A stretch of DNA of 64,000 nucleotides from a virus (IMGVR_UViG_3300035180_002703:1-64000); one strand, 5' to 3'. Positions 1-9,965 are shown, counted from the stretch's first letter. Notes: a model not told the origin generated them from the sequence alone. Program-made: numbers and translations.

Positions 1-66
1 TCGACTGCCGTCGGGGTTTCATCGTTTGGGGCCGGGCCATATACGGTCACGCTGCCGAACCCAGGG

Positions 67-630
67 TTGTGGTACGTGTGGGCGTTTGATTCGTCCGGCG
101 TAGTTGCAGAGCCTGGTGCGGTTTGGGCGTCTAGCAGTAACGTGTCCGAGCTTGAGGCGGTTGGGCTGAAGATACGTGACATTCTGAGGGATAACCAGAA
201 GGGCATCGAGGCGATACTCCATACTGTTTACCCGGACTCGACGCTAAAATGCATTCATTACGGGTCGGCGGTGCTGGTAGATGATTTCCCTGCCATCCTG
301 GTGCGAGACCCGAGAGACGATGTAGAATGGGCGTTTTTCCCGTACGGGGAAATTCACACGTACCGGTTCACGATCTTCTGCCTGGTCATTCATCCAGACG
401 AACAGACAGAGATGGACTTCGCGACACAGTTCGGGGAAGCTGTCAAATTCATTCTGCGGCAGCCGCACTACGTAACGATTACACTCGATAGCGGTGTCGT
501 GATTGATAACTGCCAGGTATCGGACATCCGCGTCGACGATACCGATCTTGGCGGCGACGCTGCACATGGTGCAGTTGCGTCACTGTCGTGGAGTGGCGTT
601 GCTATCAAGCAGCACACGGAGGGAGCATAA
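67..630 (+). CDS. Putative head-tail joining / tail completion protein
   Basis: 187 aa ORF at the start of a structural operon; call from position and size only, start uncertain. Confidence 0.4.
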   Translation: MWYVWAFDSSGVVAEPGAVWASSSNVSELEAVGLKIRDILRDNQKGIEAILHTVYPDSTLKCIHYGSAVLVDDFPAILVRDPRDDVEWAFFPYGEIHTYRFTIFCLVIHPDEQTEMDFATQFGEAVKFILRQPHYVTITLDSGVVIDNCQVSDIRVDDTDLGGDAAHGAVASLSWSGVAIKQHTEGA

Positions 631-633
631 AGA

Positions 634-1443
634 ATGGCAATTACAGCGTCTCAACTGACGACACTGACCGACTATGATGGGCAGACATACGTCAAGGCGT
701 TGGGCAATGCGTCGAGCGACATTGGGCTTGGCGATTCGTCCCAGGCTATTGGGTCCGACTGGGGTGTTAGCAAGAATGTGAGGAATCAGATCGCGTCGGC
801 ATTGGCATTTCAGTCCGTCGACTTTCTTTCCTACATCAGCGCGCTGAACTCAACGGCTACGCGCATTGACGCGGCGTCATATGTTGCTGGCGTACTCCAG
901 CCGGAGTACAATGCGCTCGTTTCTTTGTGTGCCTCTAGCGGCATCTCAGGGGTATCTTCGCTAGATACATACTGCAGCTACTACAACACCGGGGCGGGTG
1001 GTCCTTGGTCTGCGCTTTTGTCCCCTGACTTTCGTACGCTCTACGGCATTCTCAACGTCGGGTCGTACCCGTCACCGTGGAATGTATACTTTGAGGTTCT
1101 TCAGGGCACGACGTATACGAACGGATTGAGGAAGTTGGTCGTGGGCGGTTCGCAGACCGCCGGGCAGGATATCGACCCAAACAAGTATGCCGGTGGATTT
1201 GGGCAGGTGAAATGGACTGGCGTGACAGGGTCCGGCTCGGCGTCGGTTACTGGCACATGGCGCAAGACAGACGGATCGACCCAGACCGGAAATGGCTCTG
1301 CTGCCATTGCTGGAGCAAGCGGCACTGCGGTATTGACTCCGCCGTTCCCAAATGCATTGTTGCTGTCTGTGACCAATATCAGCGTCACTGGCCTTTCAGC
1401 CGGAACGGTTTACGTTGAGGCAAAGCGCCCTACTGGCAGGTAG
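634..1443 (+). CDS. Hypothetical virion structural protein
   Basis: RBS GGAG upstream; G/S/T/A-rich, beta-rich C-terminus; structural context. Confidence 0.5.
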   Translation: MAITASQLTTLTDYDGQTYVKALGNASSDIGLGDSSQAIGSDWGVSKNVRNQIASALAFQSVDFLSYISALNSTATRIDAASYVAGVLQPEYNALVSLCASSGISGVSSLDTYCSYYNTGAGGPWSALLSPDFRTLYGILNVGSYPSPWNVYFEVLQGTTYTNGLRKLVVGGSQTAGQDIDPNKYAGGFGQVKWTGVTGSGSASVTGTWRKTDGSTQTGNGSAAIAGASGTAVLTPPFPNALLLSVTNISVTGLSAGTVYVEAKRPTGR

Positions 1444-1444
1444 T

Positions 1445-2305
1445 ATGAACGCTTCGCCGCAGCATGGTTCTGGTGAGCGACGTCCAGAGGTACCACCGAA
1501 TATCCGCTGGTTCGTGACGTCGTGCGGCATTGGGGATTACATCATCGTGTTTTCCCCAATCGCCGAGTATCTGAGAAAGTGGCCATACGCCATAGCCCAT
1601 GTGGCGATTCAGCCTTCACTGAAAGCGTGTTGCATCGAAGGTTGGGACCGTGTTGAGTATATCGTATCCGATACGTGCCCAGAAGGTTTTACCGACATAC
1701 TTTCGACGACGTGGAAGGACCTGCCGCCGGATTATGAAGGAGCGCCGCACAGGTACGCATGGTGGTTTCTCGCGGGGCTGTCATGGTGGAACAAGCGACT
1801 ATGGTACTTCCCGACCAGAGAGGAAGTTGCTGCCGCCGATGCGTTATGGGGTAAGGGTAGGCCGAGGGTGTCTTTGCAATGGCATGGAACGTTCAAGGAC
1901 AAGACACATAGCGGATGGCCTGATGTAGCCCGATGGTTCATGGACCACGGCGCGAACCTGATGGGCTTGGATCAGTATGGCATGACTAATGCGATAGGTC
2001 CAAGGCTGGTTGGAACCCGTTCTATTCGTGAGGTGCTGGCTGTGGCTGCGACTGCGGATATTCACGTTGGGTTCTGCTCCGGGCCTTCATATGCGGCATT
2101 GGGGGCTAACGTTCCGTCTGTAATTCTGTTTCCGTACGATCAGCCGCACGAGATATTCTTGCCGATAACAACGCCTAACGTCTGGTGTCATCATCATCTG
2201 GGCAGCTTGGAAACAATAGGGACTAAAGAGATATTGGCAAGCTGCAATGAGGCATGGTCGCAGGTGATAGCGAAGTCGCGTGAAGAGGGGCACACAGGAT
2301 GGTAA
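1445..2305 (+). CDS. GT9 (heptosyltransferase-like, GT-B) glycosyltransferase
   Basis: GIGDY N-terminal motif and HVGFCSGPSYAALGANVPSVILF C-terminal motif; paralogue of 16471..17328. Confidence 0.75.
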   Translation: MNASPQHGSGERRPEVPPNIRWFVTSCGIGDYIIVFSPIAEYLRKWPYAIAHVAIQPSLKACCIEGWDRVEYIVSDTCPEGFTDILSTTWKDLPPDYEGAPHRYAWWFLAGLSWWNKRLWYFPTREEVAAADALWGKGRPRVSLQWHGTFKDKTHSGWPDVARWFMDHGANLMGLDQYGMTNAIGPRLVGTRSIREVLAVAATADIHVGFCSGPSYAALGANVPSVILFPYDQPHEIFLPITTPNVWCHHHLGSLETIGTKEILASCNEAWSQVIAKSREEGHTGW

Positions 2306-3081
2306 AGCTTGACGTATGCGCAGGGCGGTTCTGTCCGTTGTGTGGAGACGTTGGCCGTCTCGCATTTGACAAAGACGCATACCACCTGCGTGAATGCCGC
2401 GGAGAGGCTGTGGGGCGTTCTCACCCGCCCGTATTGTTATCGTGGCTGTGGCGAAGCGAAACCGAATATGATCGCCTATATCTCGAAGACTTGAACTACC
2501 ATAACGCGGTTCAGCGTGCTGGTGGGCAGGTGCCATTTGATGGGCGCGAAGAGGAGCTGGCTCGCGCGGCACACTCTAGGATGCGCCACCTGGAGCCATT
2601 CGTCAGCCCTGGCGCTAGCATATGTGATGTAGGTGCTGCGTACGGGATGCAGTCGCTTATTGCTTGTGCGATGGGCTATACGGCATTTTCGCTAGAGCCC
2701 AACCCAATGGTGGTTTCAGTAGCGCGTGCGGTTGGTAGACGTATTGAGGTAGGTACGTGGCGCGATGTAAAAGGCAATTGGGATGTCATCACTCTATTCG
2801 ACGTGTTCGAGCACTTGACGCGTCCGCGCGCGTGTTTGCGTCATCTGGTGAACTGTCTTACCCCGGCAGGCGTAATCTTATTGGAGATGCCAGAATGGGA
2901 CGCTGGTAACAGCCGGTGCATGAAGCACGTCAGACCGGAGCAACATCCGGTACTCTATTCGGCAGGCGCTGCGGAGCAGTTGTTTTCCGAAGAGGGTCTG
3001 CGTGTACTGGAGTTTCATAGGCCGGTGCGCGGTGAATTGGGTAAGATGTCGTGGTTGCTCATGCGTTCGGAAGTGGAGTAA
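2299..3081 (+). CDS. Class I SAM-dependent methyltransferase
   Basis: ICDVGAAYG motif I, WDVITLFDVFEHL, LTPAGVILLEMP; N-terminal CPLC. Confidence 0.85.
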   Translation: MVKLDVCAGRFCPLCGDVGRLAFDKDAYHLRECRGEAVGRSHPPVLLSWLWRSETEYDRLYLEDLNYHNAVQRAGGQVPFDGREEELARAAHSRMRHLEPFVSPGASICDVGAAYGMQSLIACAMGYTAFSLEPNPMVVSVARAVGRRIEVGTWRDVKGNWDVITLFDVFEHLTRPRACLRHLVNCLTPAGVILLEMPEWDAGNSRCMKHVRPEQHPVLYSAGAAEQLFSEEGLRVLEFHRPVRGELGKMSWLLMRSEVE

Positions 3082-3247
3082 AGCGCCGCGCCCGCCTATC
3101 TCCACTATGGTCGCCGGAGGCTTACAGCGTTGTTTAGAAGCCTGGTGCGACCAACAGATGCCGCTGGCCTGGCCCCCTCCGGGCTTGTGCGGCAGAGCCT
3201 GCCGGGAGGCTACCCCCTCTCCCCTCCCGGCAGGGGAATTAGATCGG

Positions 3248-3319
3248 TGGGGGATCGTCTAGTGGCAAGACACCGGGTGTGATCCCGGAGAGATCGGTTC
3301 GATTCCGACAGCCCAGCCA
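3248..3319 (+). ncRNA. tRNA-like RNA copy 1 (no canonical anticodon loop)
   Basis: D arm nearly identical to the tRNA-Gln, GGTTCGATTCC T arm, CCA end; anticodon arm CCGGG-TGTGAT-CCCGG; only 4 acceptor pairs. Confidence 0.7.
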
Positions 3320-3342
3320 TATTGAGATGGGGATTGGTTTGA

Positions 3343-3414
3343 CGGGGGATCGTCTAGTGGCAAGACACCGGCTAACGAGCCGGAGAGATCGGTTCGATTC
3401 CGACAACCCGACCA
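3343..3414 (+). ncRNA. tRNA-like RNA copy 2 (no canonical anticodon loop)
   Basis: 95-nt period repeat of copy 1; anticodon arm CCGGC-TAACGA-GCCGG; CGGG/CCCG acceptor end, ACCA. Confidence 0.7.
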
Positions 3415-3437
3415 TATTGAGGTGGGAATGGCTTTGG

Positions 3438-3511
3438 TGGGGGATCGTCTAGTGGCAGGACATCGGCCTTTGAAGCCGTCAGCCCGGGTTCGAATCCTGG
3501 TCCCCCAGCCA
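3438..3511 (+). tRNA. tRNA-Gln(UUG)
   Basis: Acceptor TGGGGGA/TCCCCCA with U1-A72, anticodon loop CT-TTG-AA, GGTTCGAATCC T arm, encoded CCA. Confidence 0.93.
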
Positions 3512-3525
3512 CACCGAGGTGTGTG

Positions 3526-4218
3526 ATGCCGCGCATAATGGAGGTCGATCTTGGCAGCCTAATGGGGTATTGGCCTCCCGGCGTCAGCCCTGTGGTATTG
3601 GCGATTGACTGCGACACCAGGGAGGCAACACGCATACTTGAGACGTTGGCGAAGCGCCATGAAGAGCTGGGGCCGGTAGCCAAAGACGTCGCCAAGATAC
3701 TGCGAGAGGATTTGGGGGAACAGTTCAAACAGGGGGGCGATCCTCCCTGGGTGCCGCTCAAGCCATCGACGCTGGCTGCCAAAATGATCAACGGGCTTCC
3801 GCCAAAAGGGAAGAATGGGAAGGTGCTGCCTAGACTGCGTCAGAACGGCGGAGCAACGAGCATCCTGATTGCAACCGGGGCGTTGAGAGACTCCTACCGG
3901 CAAAGCGGTGTGCGCGGGCACGTAGAGATCATAGACGAAAAGACGGGTGCCGTTGAGGTGGGGTCGCAATTGCCGGTTCCGGGCGGGAAAGTGAGCCTGG
4001 CTGCCATCCACCAATATGGGACCAGCCCTTATACGATTGTTCCTAGGGTGGCGCGGGCGCTTAGGTTCATTGGATCGAATGGAGAGCAGGTGTTGGCTAA
4101 GATTGTGCATCATCCAGGACTGCCCGCGCGTCCCGTGCGTATAACAGATAATGCACTAGGAAAGATCGTTACTCGAATGAAGAAGCACTTGCTGGGTTCG
4201 GAGTCGGCTGTGGTCTAG
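3526..4218 (+). CDS. Phage virion morphogenesis protein (Mu gpG / P2 gpS-like)
   Basis: PPWVPLKPST, ILIATGALRDS, LAAIHQYGT, LPARP motifs. Confidence 0.8.
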   Translation: MPRIMEVDLGSLMGYWPPGVSPVVLAIDCDTREATRILETLAKRHEELGPVAKDVAKILREDLGEQFKQGGDPPWVPLKPSTLAAKMINGLPPKGKNGKVLPRLRQNGGATSILIATGALRDSYRQSGVRGHVEIIDEKTGAVEVGSQLPVPGGKVSLAAIHQYGTSPYTIVPRVARALRFIGSNGEQVLAKIVHHPGLPARPVRITDNALGKIVTRMKKHLLGSESAVV

Positions 4219-4231
4219 ATTGAGCATAGTG

Positions 4232-4317
4232 TGGCCGAGTAGTTTGGCGTACGGCCCGCCAACGAGCGTACACGGCTCCAATCCGATAGGCAGCGTCCTG
4301 TCGGGCTGGGGCCGTGT
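4232..4317 (+). promoter_or_regulatory. Conserved two-hairpin leader element B, copy 1 (before tail tube gene)
   Basis: Matches 61125..61216 in sequence and pairing with compensatory changes. Confidence 0.7.
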
Positions 4318-4390
4318 TGTATTTTCGGATATGCGCAAGAACCGGTTCTCCGGGTAAAGGCCACGAACAGATGGCCGGGGAGTAATTGAA

Positions 4391-5251
4391 ATGGCAACTG
4401 CGACCACCCAATTTTATAAGAGTGTATTGCTGATCGGTTCGACGCCCATCCCGGCATACCCGGGTGCCACATTGCGGTGCGATAAGAACTGGGCAATCCC
4501 TCCAATCATTGGGAACTACTGGCAATGGAACTATGGGATCGGGTTCAGGCAGCCGGTTGTGGATATCAACCTAGTTGTGCGCGATAAGGCTGGTGAAGCG
4601 CTATCCGCTAGCTTCCTGAACATGTTCACGACCCGATCGGCTGATGCTGCGCATGACACCACGGCGATTACGGGTGGAATCCAGTATTGGGATGGGCGCA
4701 CAGGTTTTACGATGAATGGAGCCAAGGCCGACTCCTTCTCGATATCGTGTGCAAAGGGTGAGGACATCCAGATGTCCGTGCGTTTCGTTGGAACGACGAT
4801 CACCGCGCTCGGTTCTGCGCCTGTGGTGTCTGCTTGGGATAACACGCAGATACTGCGGTTCAAGGGCGTCAATCTGGGCAGCGCGATGACAGACAAGATT
4901 TGGCGGTTTGGTCTGTCGTTTTCCAACAACCACTCGCCAGACATGTCGCTCAACGGTTCCGAATTCCCCGCCGCGCAGAACGCTGGGATGATGACCGTTG
5001 GCTTCAACTGCCGTGCACAGGCGGCAGACGCTGCGGCAATTGAAGCGCTCGATGCATCCGGCCCGTTCGCCCAGACGGTTGTCATCACCGGCAGCACGAA
5101 GACCTGCACGTTTACGCTGAACGGCTTGCTGGCTAACAATCCTTCGGACCGCGTGATCACCGTTCCTCGTAACATGCGCGACTATGTGTGGTCGTGTCTG
5201 GGCGGCGATGGTCAAACGACCGCCCCGCTGACCATTTCTTCAACATTCTAA
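4391..5251 (+). CDS. Putative major tail (tube) protein
   Basis: 286 aa beta-rich ORF directly before chaperone/frameshift and tape measure genes. Confidence 0.7.
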   Translation: MATATTQFYKSVLLIGSTPIPAYPGATLRCDKNWAIPPIIGNYWQWNYGIGFRQPVVDINLVVRDKAGEALSASFLNMFTTRSADAAHDTTAITGGIQYWDGRTGFTMNGAKADSFSISCAKGEDIQMSVRFVGTTITALGSAPVVSAWDNTQILRFKGVNLGSAMTDKIWRFGLSFSNNHSPDMSLNGSEFPAAQNAGMMTVGFNCRAQAADAAAIEALDASGPFAQTVVITGSTKTCTFTLNGLLANNPSDRVITVPRNMRDYVWSCLGGDGQTTAPLTISSTF

Positions 5252-5268
5252 AGATAAGGGGAGAGGGT

Positions 5269-5808
5269 ATGGCAATCCGAGAAGTCAAAGTTGTACTGGA
5301 GGTTATCGAGAACGAGCTTGATGGCAGTGAAACGATCGTCCCAAACGAGCGTGACTTTGCCGCAGGTGAAAGCAAGATATCTCAGCTGGAGAAGCAGCTA
5401 GAGAACGCGACGTCTCGCAAGGACAGGAACAGTATATCGTTGCTCAAGCGACAGATCGCTGCGCTTCGTTCTGCCATTGATACGATGAAACAGCAGAGGT
5501 CGGCGGTCGTCGGGAAGGCGCAGAAGTACACGTACACATTGGTGAAGCCGACGTACGGGCGATGGCTTGAGGCGGAGGGAGCCGCTAAAACGATCCAGGA
5601 TGACGGCAGCGTAGTTGTAGACCAGCTGCGCATCCAGCGGGAGCTTCTGCCAGAGTGCGTCAAGGGGATGTCGCCGGAGCAGGTGGCGGAGCTTTCCCCA
5701 AACATCGCTGTCTACCTTTGGGGCGTTCTGCAGAATGCGATTTGGCCTGATCCGGCGCGCCTCCCTTTCTCGTTGCCGTCATCGCAGACTTCAACGATGG
5801 AAGACTAA
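5269..5808 (+). CDS. Tail assembly chaperone (lambda gpG-like)
   Basis: Between tail tube and tape measure; slippery C CCT TTC at 5763..5769. Confidence 0.75.
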   Translation: MAIREVKVVLEVIENELDGSETIVPNERDFAAGESKISQLEKQLENATSRKDRNSISLLKRQIAALRSAIDTMKQQRSAVVGKAQKYTYTLVKPTYGRWLEAEGAAKTIQDDGSVVVDQLRIQRELLPECVKGMSPEQVAELSPNIAVYLWGVLQNAIWPDPARLPFSLPSSQTSTMED

Positions 5809-5987
5809 GGAACGCTGATCGGCTATTGTACGAGGCCCAGTTGTATATCAACTGGAAGAACACCGGAGCATTGCCGCGTCCGATTTACGATATGGACGTG
5901 ACGACAATGCTCTACCTGTTTGCCATTGAGGCCGAGATGAATCCCGACTTTGATACGAGCGAGCTTGCGGCTAAGAACGTCGGCTGA
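5763..5987 (+). CDS. -1 frameshift extension of the chaperone (gpGT-like)
   Basis: -1 frame from CCCTTTC is open (PFLVAVIADFNDGRLRNAD...LAAKNVG) to TGA 5985..5987, filling the gap to the tape measure gene. Confidence 0.75.
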   Translation, partial: PFLVAVIADFNDGRLRNADRLLYEAQLYINWKNTGALPRPIYDMDVTTMLYLFAIEAEMNPDFDTSELAAKNVG

Positions 5988-6027
5988 AAACGCGTGTGTC
6001 CATGCAGATAGACAGAGGTACACATAG

Positions 6028-9000
6028 ATGGCAGGAAGCTCTGATAACAAGGTAACCCTGTCGATACAGTGGGAGGGCATGGAGAAGGCGCTTCAGGACA
6101 TCTCGCGCTTTCGCCAGGAGCTGGATAGGCTTGGGACGGGCACTGGCGCGTTCCGTCCTAGCTCGGCATCTGCTGGTGCTGGGCCATTGCCCCAAGGAGC
6201 ATCCCCAGGTGCTCCTGCGCCTCCTGACCCGTATTCTGGTTATCGCCCTCCGTCCGCGCCGCAGGGAGCCTCCGGTACGAGCACTGCGATGGTCCCGTTG
6301 GGGTATGCCGGGGCTGGTGGGTGGTGGCAGTCGCAGCAAGCCCCGTCTGGTCCTGCCCCCGGAGAATATGCTCCTGCCGCGCCCGGGGTATATCGACTTG
6401 CTTCTGGTGCTGGGATAGACATTGGCAATGGCGTGACTGCATTTCCCCCTCAGCAGTCGTCTGGCGGAGGAGGGGGTGGAGGCATCGGTACCGTCTCATG
6501 TTCTACGATGACAGTTTCTGCCCAGACGGTTGTCGTGTCTGGTTCTGTTATCAGTGGCGGCGCGGCTGGAGCAGGTGGAACAGGTGGAGGGGGAGGGACA
6601 GGCATAGCGGGCCCTGGAGGGAGCGCGTTCGGATTAGGTGATTTGGCTTCCATGTTCAGCGGAGGCGGATCGACCTTCGGCGGAGGGTCTGGGGTGTTGC
6701 AGAGCTTCCTTAGCAAAGCTGGGTCTATGACCAGTGGCGCTGGCATATTGAGAGCTGCATTGGGGTTCCCTGCTGGAGCGGCGATTTGGGCCGGGTTGGA
6801 ACTAGGTGGGACCCTGGCTCAATACAGCTTGATGGGAAGCCAACCGACTTGGCAGCTCGGGTTGGAACAGCGCACGGCTCAGCAAGCCGGGCAATGGCTG
6901 GACCCATATTCCGCGGCTGCGGACTGGGAAATCAAAAAGTCCCAAGGCGAATATAATGAGAAGGGCGGGGACCCGTTCGCGCAGATATTTGGCGAAGTCC
7001 CCATTTACAAGCAATGGTGGGAAAGTACCTACGGCAGGCCGATCATTGAGGAGGGCAAGAAGAGGGCCGCCGATAAAGAGTACTACCATCTTCTAAAGGT
7101 ACGGCAAGCTTTGGAAGGCGGTCACACACCAATCACAGACTGGAGATTTGATGTAACGCAGCCGATGGTGTCATTAGCATCCATGATGCCATCCACAACC
7201 GGTGCTGCCGCGATGTTCAACAGAGATACCGACGAATGGATCGCAAACAAGATTGGCAGATATGGAAAGGATGGCGAAATCATCAATCCGGGACAGGGGT
7301 TTAGCATTGATGACCTCATGAGAGAACAGAGCTCCATATTGCGAGCATCGTCGGTGCTAGGGAATGACCCGATGTTGCAGCGCATCCTCAACTCGCAGAA
7401 CTGGAGCAAGGAAGTAAAGGGATATGCCTTGGACGCGGGGCAATACTTCGCGAGCACTGGGGATGTGTTCTCGGTAAGGTCTTTGCTGCCCGATCTCGGT
7501 AAGGAGGCATCTGACCAACTGCTTACTACGGCAATGCGTGTCAGGAGCCTTCAGATAACGCAGCAGTACGGACAGGCTGCGGCAACAAGCGCATCGGCTG
7601 GCGTTGAATACGCGAGAGGAACCGGCGCTGGTTACCAAAGCGTAGCAGCCGCCATTGGGAAAATGGCAGACCCATTGAAGCAACAGGCGAATTCGTTGCG
7701 TCAGCAGGCGGCTATCAGGACCAACCCGCTCGAAGCAGCGCAAATGAATGCGCAGGCAGATCAGCTAGAGGCGCAGGCGGCATCGATCCCGCAGCAACAG
7801 ACCAGGACGCTGATCAGTGGAGAAATGACATTGTTCTCCGCCCACCAGAGCATGGCTGAAACGCAGCTGACGAAAGCCATGTATGGGGGCGGTTCCGCGG
7901 AAGATGTTGTGGGAGCATATGGGGGGCTAAGAAAGCAGGCTCAGTCTAGGGCGGCTCAGTTCCTGGCTAACGCCACAAGGCCGGGCATACCTCCGGAAGA
8001 GGCGGAGGAATGGCGGGCCCGGGCAGCGGCAGAGGAATTGCAGGCATCGATCATGATCCCGCGTCAGGCAGGGCAGTTCCAGATCGGGTATGGGACCGCG
8101 CAGTTGGGTGTTCTCGGGGCTCAGGTGCAGTCGGGGATGACAATGGCCCAATTGTTCGGAGCGCCACTGGCTCAGTATCAGGCCGGAATGGGTCAGGTTG
8201 GGCTGATCCAGAAGCAGCAGGAATTCACCAACTGGCAGTTGTCGAACGCTGGCACCTTGGGGCTATCTCAAACAGAGCAGCTTCAATTGCAGCGCGAACT
8301 TGTGGACCTGAAAAGGCAGGAGGTCTCCGTTACCCAGCAGGTCATTCGCAGCTACTATTCCATGAGTACTAGCATTGCCTCGACCGAACGCGGGATTGCA
8401 CAGACGCAGCAGGGGCGAGCGAGCATTACCGGGGTAGGCGGCACAGCAGCGGTCCCGTATTGGGAACAGTCAATGAAGAAGGGCCACGAGGAGATCGATG
8501 CTATCGACAGAGAGATCAAAGCGCGGCTCGACCAAGGTCAGGACCCAAACTCGCCGGAGGTTGTAGCGCTGAAGGCCAAGCGCGAGGTCGCACTTACTAA
8601 TCTCGAACAGACGCGCGGAGGGATCGCTGGTACGCCAATGCCATATGAGTTCCGTATGGCACAGCGCGGAACCGAGTTCGCCTTCAACGTCATGTCGCGG
8701 ACCTATTTGCCGTGGGGTAACCAACGCGGGGCGCTTGTTGGCCTAATGGGATACGCCGGACAAGAACTGCAGACGATCAACGATCTGGAGAGGAAGGCGC
8801 ATCAATCTGGTGAGTGGCAGCCGTGGATGGAGGAGGCTTTCCAGCAGCGGCGCATCGATGTCGGCAACAGGATGGTCGGATACCAGCAGCAATACGAAAG
8901 CGGCTTCATGGACCGGCTGATCTCTTCCACATACAACGCTCCGCAGTCGATGGCTTTCGTGGCAAGCAGGTTTACGCAAATGGAAGCGGCTCCATTTATG

Positions 9001-9375
9001 CAGATGATGGGACCTGCTTGGGGGTTCTCATCGACCGCGACCAGAGATTTCTACCGTGACAGATATCCGAGATTGGCCAATTCGTTGATTGGTCAACTTC
9101 AGAAACCGGAGGGATTTATCTCGACGGGCATGTCCGGGGCTCAACCGCCGACGCTCCTGGGCGACCTGACTGGCAAGGGCGCGCTCGGGTTCTTGGGCGG
9201 AGGTAGTGGCGGGCCGGAACTGACTGTCCATATCGTTGTACATGACACGGCGGGGAAGGAGCTTGGCCGCGAGAGCCAGCGCGTGACGATTGGCGATATG
9301 ACCAATGGGGCGCTGTCACTCACGCTGCCGATGATGGGTATGGGATGGGCCGCTGGAGGTGCGGCTCACCAGTAA
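6028..9375 (+). CDS. Tape measure protein
   Basis: 1115 aa A/Q/G-rich helical ORF after the chaperone pair; N-terminal VTLSIQWEG. Confidence 0.75.
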   Translation: MAGSSDNKVTLSIQWEGMEKALQDISRFRQELDRLGTGTGAFRPSSASAGAGPLPQGASPGAPAPPDPYSGYRPPSAPQGASGTSTAMVPLGYAGAGGWWQSQQAPSGPAPGEYAPAAPGVYRLASGAGIDIGNGVTAFPPQQSSGGGGGGGIGTVSCSTMTVSAQTVVVSGSVISGGAAGAGGTGGGGGTGIAGPGGSAFGLGDLASMFSGGGSTFGGGSGVLQSFLSKAGSMTSGAGILRAALGFPAGAAIWAGLELGGTLAQYSLMGSQPTWQLGLEQRTAQQAGQWLDPYSAAADWEIKKSQGEYNEKGGDPFAQIFGEVPIYKQWWESTYGRPIIEEGKKRAADKEYYHLLKVRQALEGGHTPITDWRFDVTQPMVSLASMMPSTTGAAAMFNRDTDEWIANKIGRYGKDGEIINPGQGFSIDDLMREQSSILRASSVLGNDPMLQRILNSQNWSKEVKGYALDAGQYFASTGDVFSVRSLLPDLGKEASDQLLTTAMRVRSLQITQQYGQAAATSASAGVEYARGTGAGYQSVAAAIGKMADPLKQQANSLRQQAAIRTNPLEAAQMNAQADQLEAQAASIPQQQTRTLISGEMTLFSAHQSMAETQLTKAMYGGGSAEDVVGAYGGLRKQAQSRAAQFLANATRPGIPPEEAEEWRARAAAEELQASIMIPRQAGQFQIGYGTAQLGVLGAQVQSGMTMAQLFGAPLAQYQAGMGQVGLIQKQQEFTNWQLSNAGTLGLSQTEQLQLQRELVDLKRQEVSVTQQVIRSYYSMSTSIASTERGIAQTQQGRASITGVGGTAAVPYWEQSMKKGHEEIDAIDREIKARLDQGQDPNSPEVVALKAKREVALTNLEQTRGGIAGTPMPYEFRMAQRGTEFAFNVMSRTYLPWGNQRGALVGLMGYAGQELQTINDLERKAHQSGEWQPWMEEAFQQRRIDVGNRMVGYQQQYESGFMDRLISSTYNAPQSMAFVASRFTQMEAAPFMQMMGPAWGFSSTATRDFYRDRYPRLANSLIGQLQKPEGFISTGMSGAQPPTLLGDLTGKGALGFLGGGSGGPELTVHIVVHDTAGKELGRESQRVTIGDMTNGALSLTLPMMGMGWAAGGAAHQ

Positions 9376-9448
9376 AAAGTAGGTTGGGCGGCCAACGATG
9401 CCGCCGAGCGTCTGTTGTGGTATGCGCTTGCATGAAAGGAGTATGAAT

Positions 9449-9949
9449 ATGAAGCGCGCCGTGTTGTCTTTGTTTGTCGCATTTGAGATGGTTCTGGCGA
9501 TTGCGTGCCAGGCCGGTCCGATCCCCGCCCCGCATGGCGTTGATGGCATTAGTCTGGATGGCAAAAGTACCATCGCGATTGGCATGGACGTTACTGCTAC
9601 GCAGTATGACTGGGGGGTTGTGGCGAGCGGCAGAGTAAACATCATGGCATGGTTCGGCCCATTCCGTGGGATTGCCCTTGCTCAGGCCGCAACGGTACAT
9701 ACGACTGTGCTCGATGACGGCTCCGTCCAGTCCGTAGTCCGAACTGGAAGGTTCTCGTACACCGATCTGACCAATTGGGTGCCAGGATATTCCAGCGGTA
9801 TCAAGTACTACTGGGCTACCGCAGAAGTGACCGTTGTGGTCGGGAAAAGGAACCTGGCTGGGTTCAACATCTACCGATCCGATACCGGGCAGTTGATCGC
9901 GTCGGTTCCGCTTTCCCCTGTAGTGGCTGGGAACATGGCGATCTACTAG
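9449..9949 (+). CDS. Hypothetical secreted protein (moron-like)
   Basis: RBS AAGGAG; signal-peptide-like MKRAVLSLFVAFEMVLAIACQA. Confidence 0.6.
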   Translation: MKRAVLSLFVAFEMVLAIACQAGPIPAPHGVDGISLDGKSTIAIGMDVTATQYDWGVVASGRVNIMAWFGPFRGIALAQAATVHTTVLDDGSVQSVVRTGRFSYTDLTNWVPGYSSGIKYYWATAEVTVVVGKRNLAGFNIYRSDTGQLIASVPLSPVVAGNMAIY

Positions 9950-9965
9950 GCATTTCTGGCAGAAC

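Noticed and set aside
3320-3437. HDV-like (theta) ribozymes in the tRNA spacers
   Set aside because: Spacers are only 23 nt and lack the nested pseudoknot
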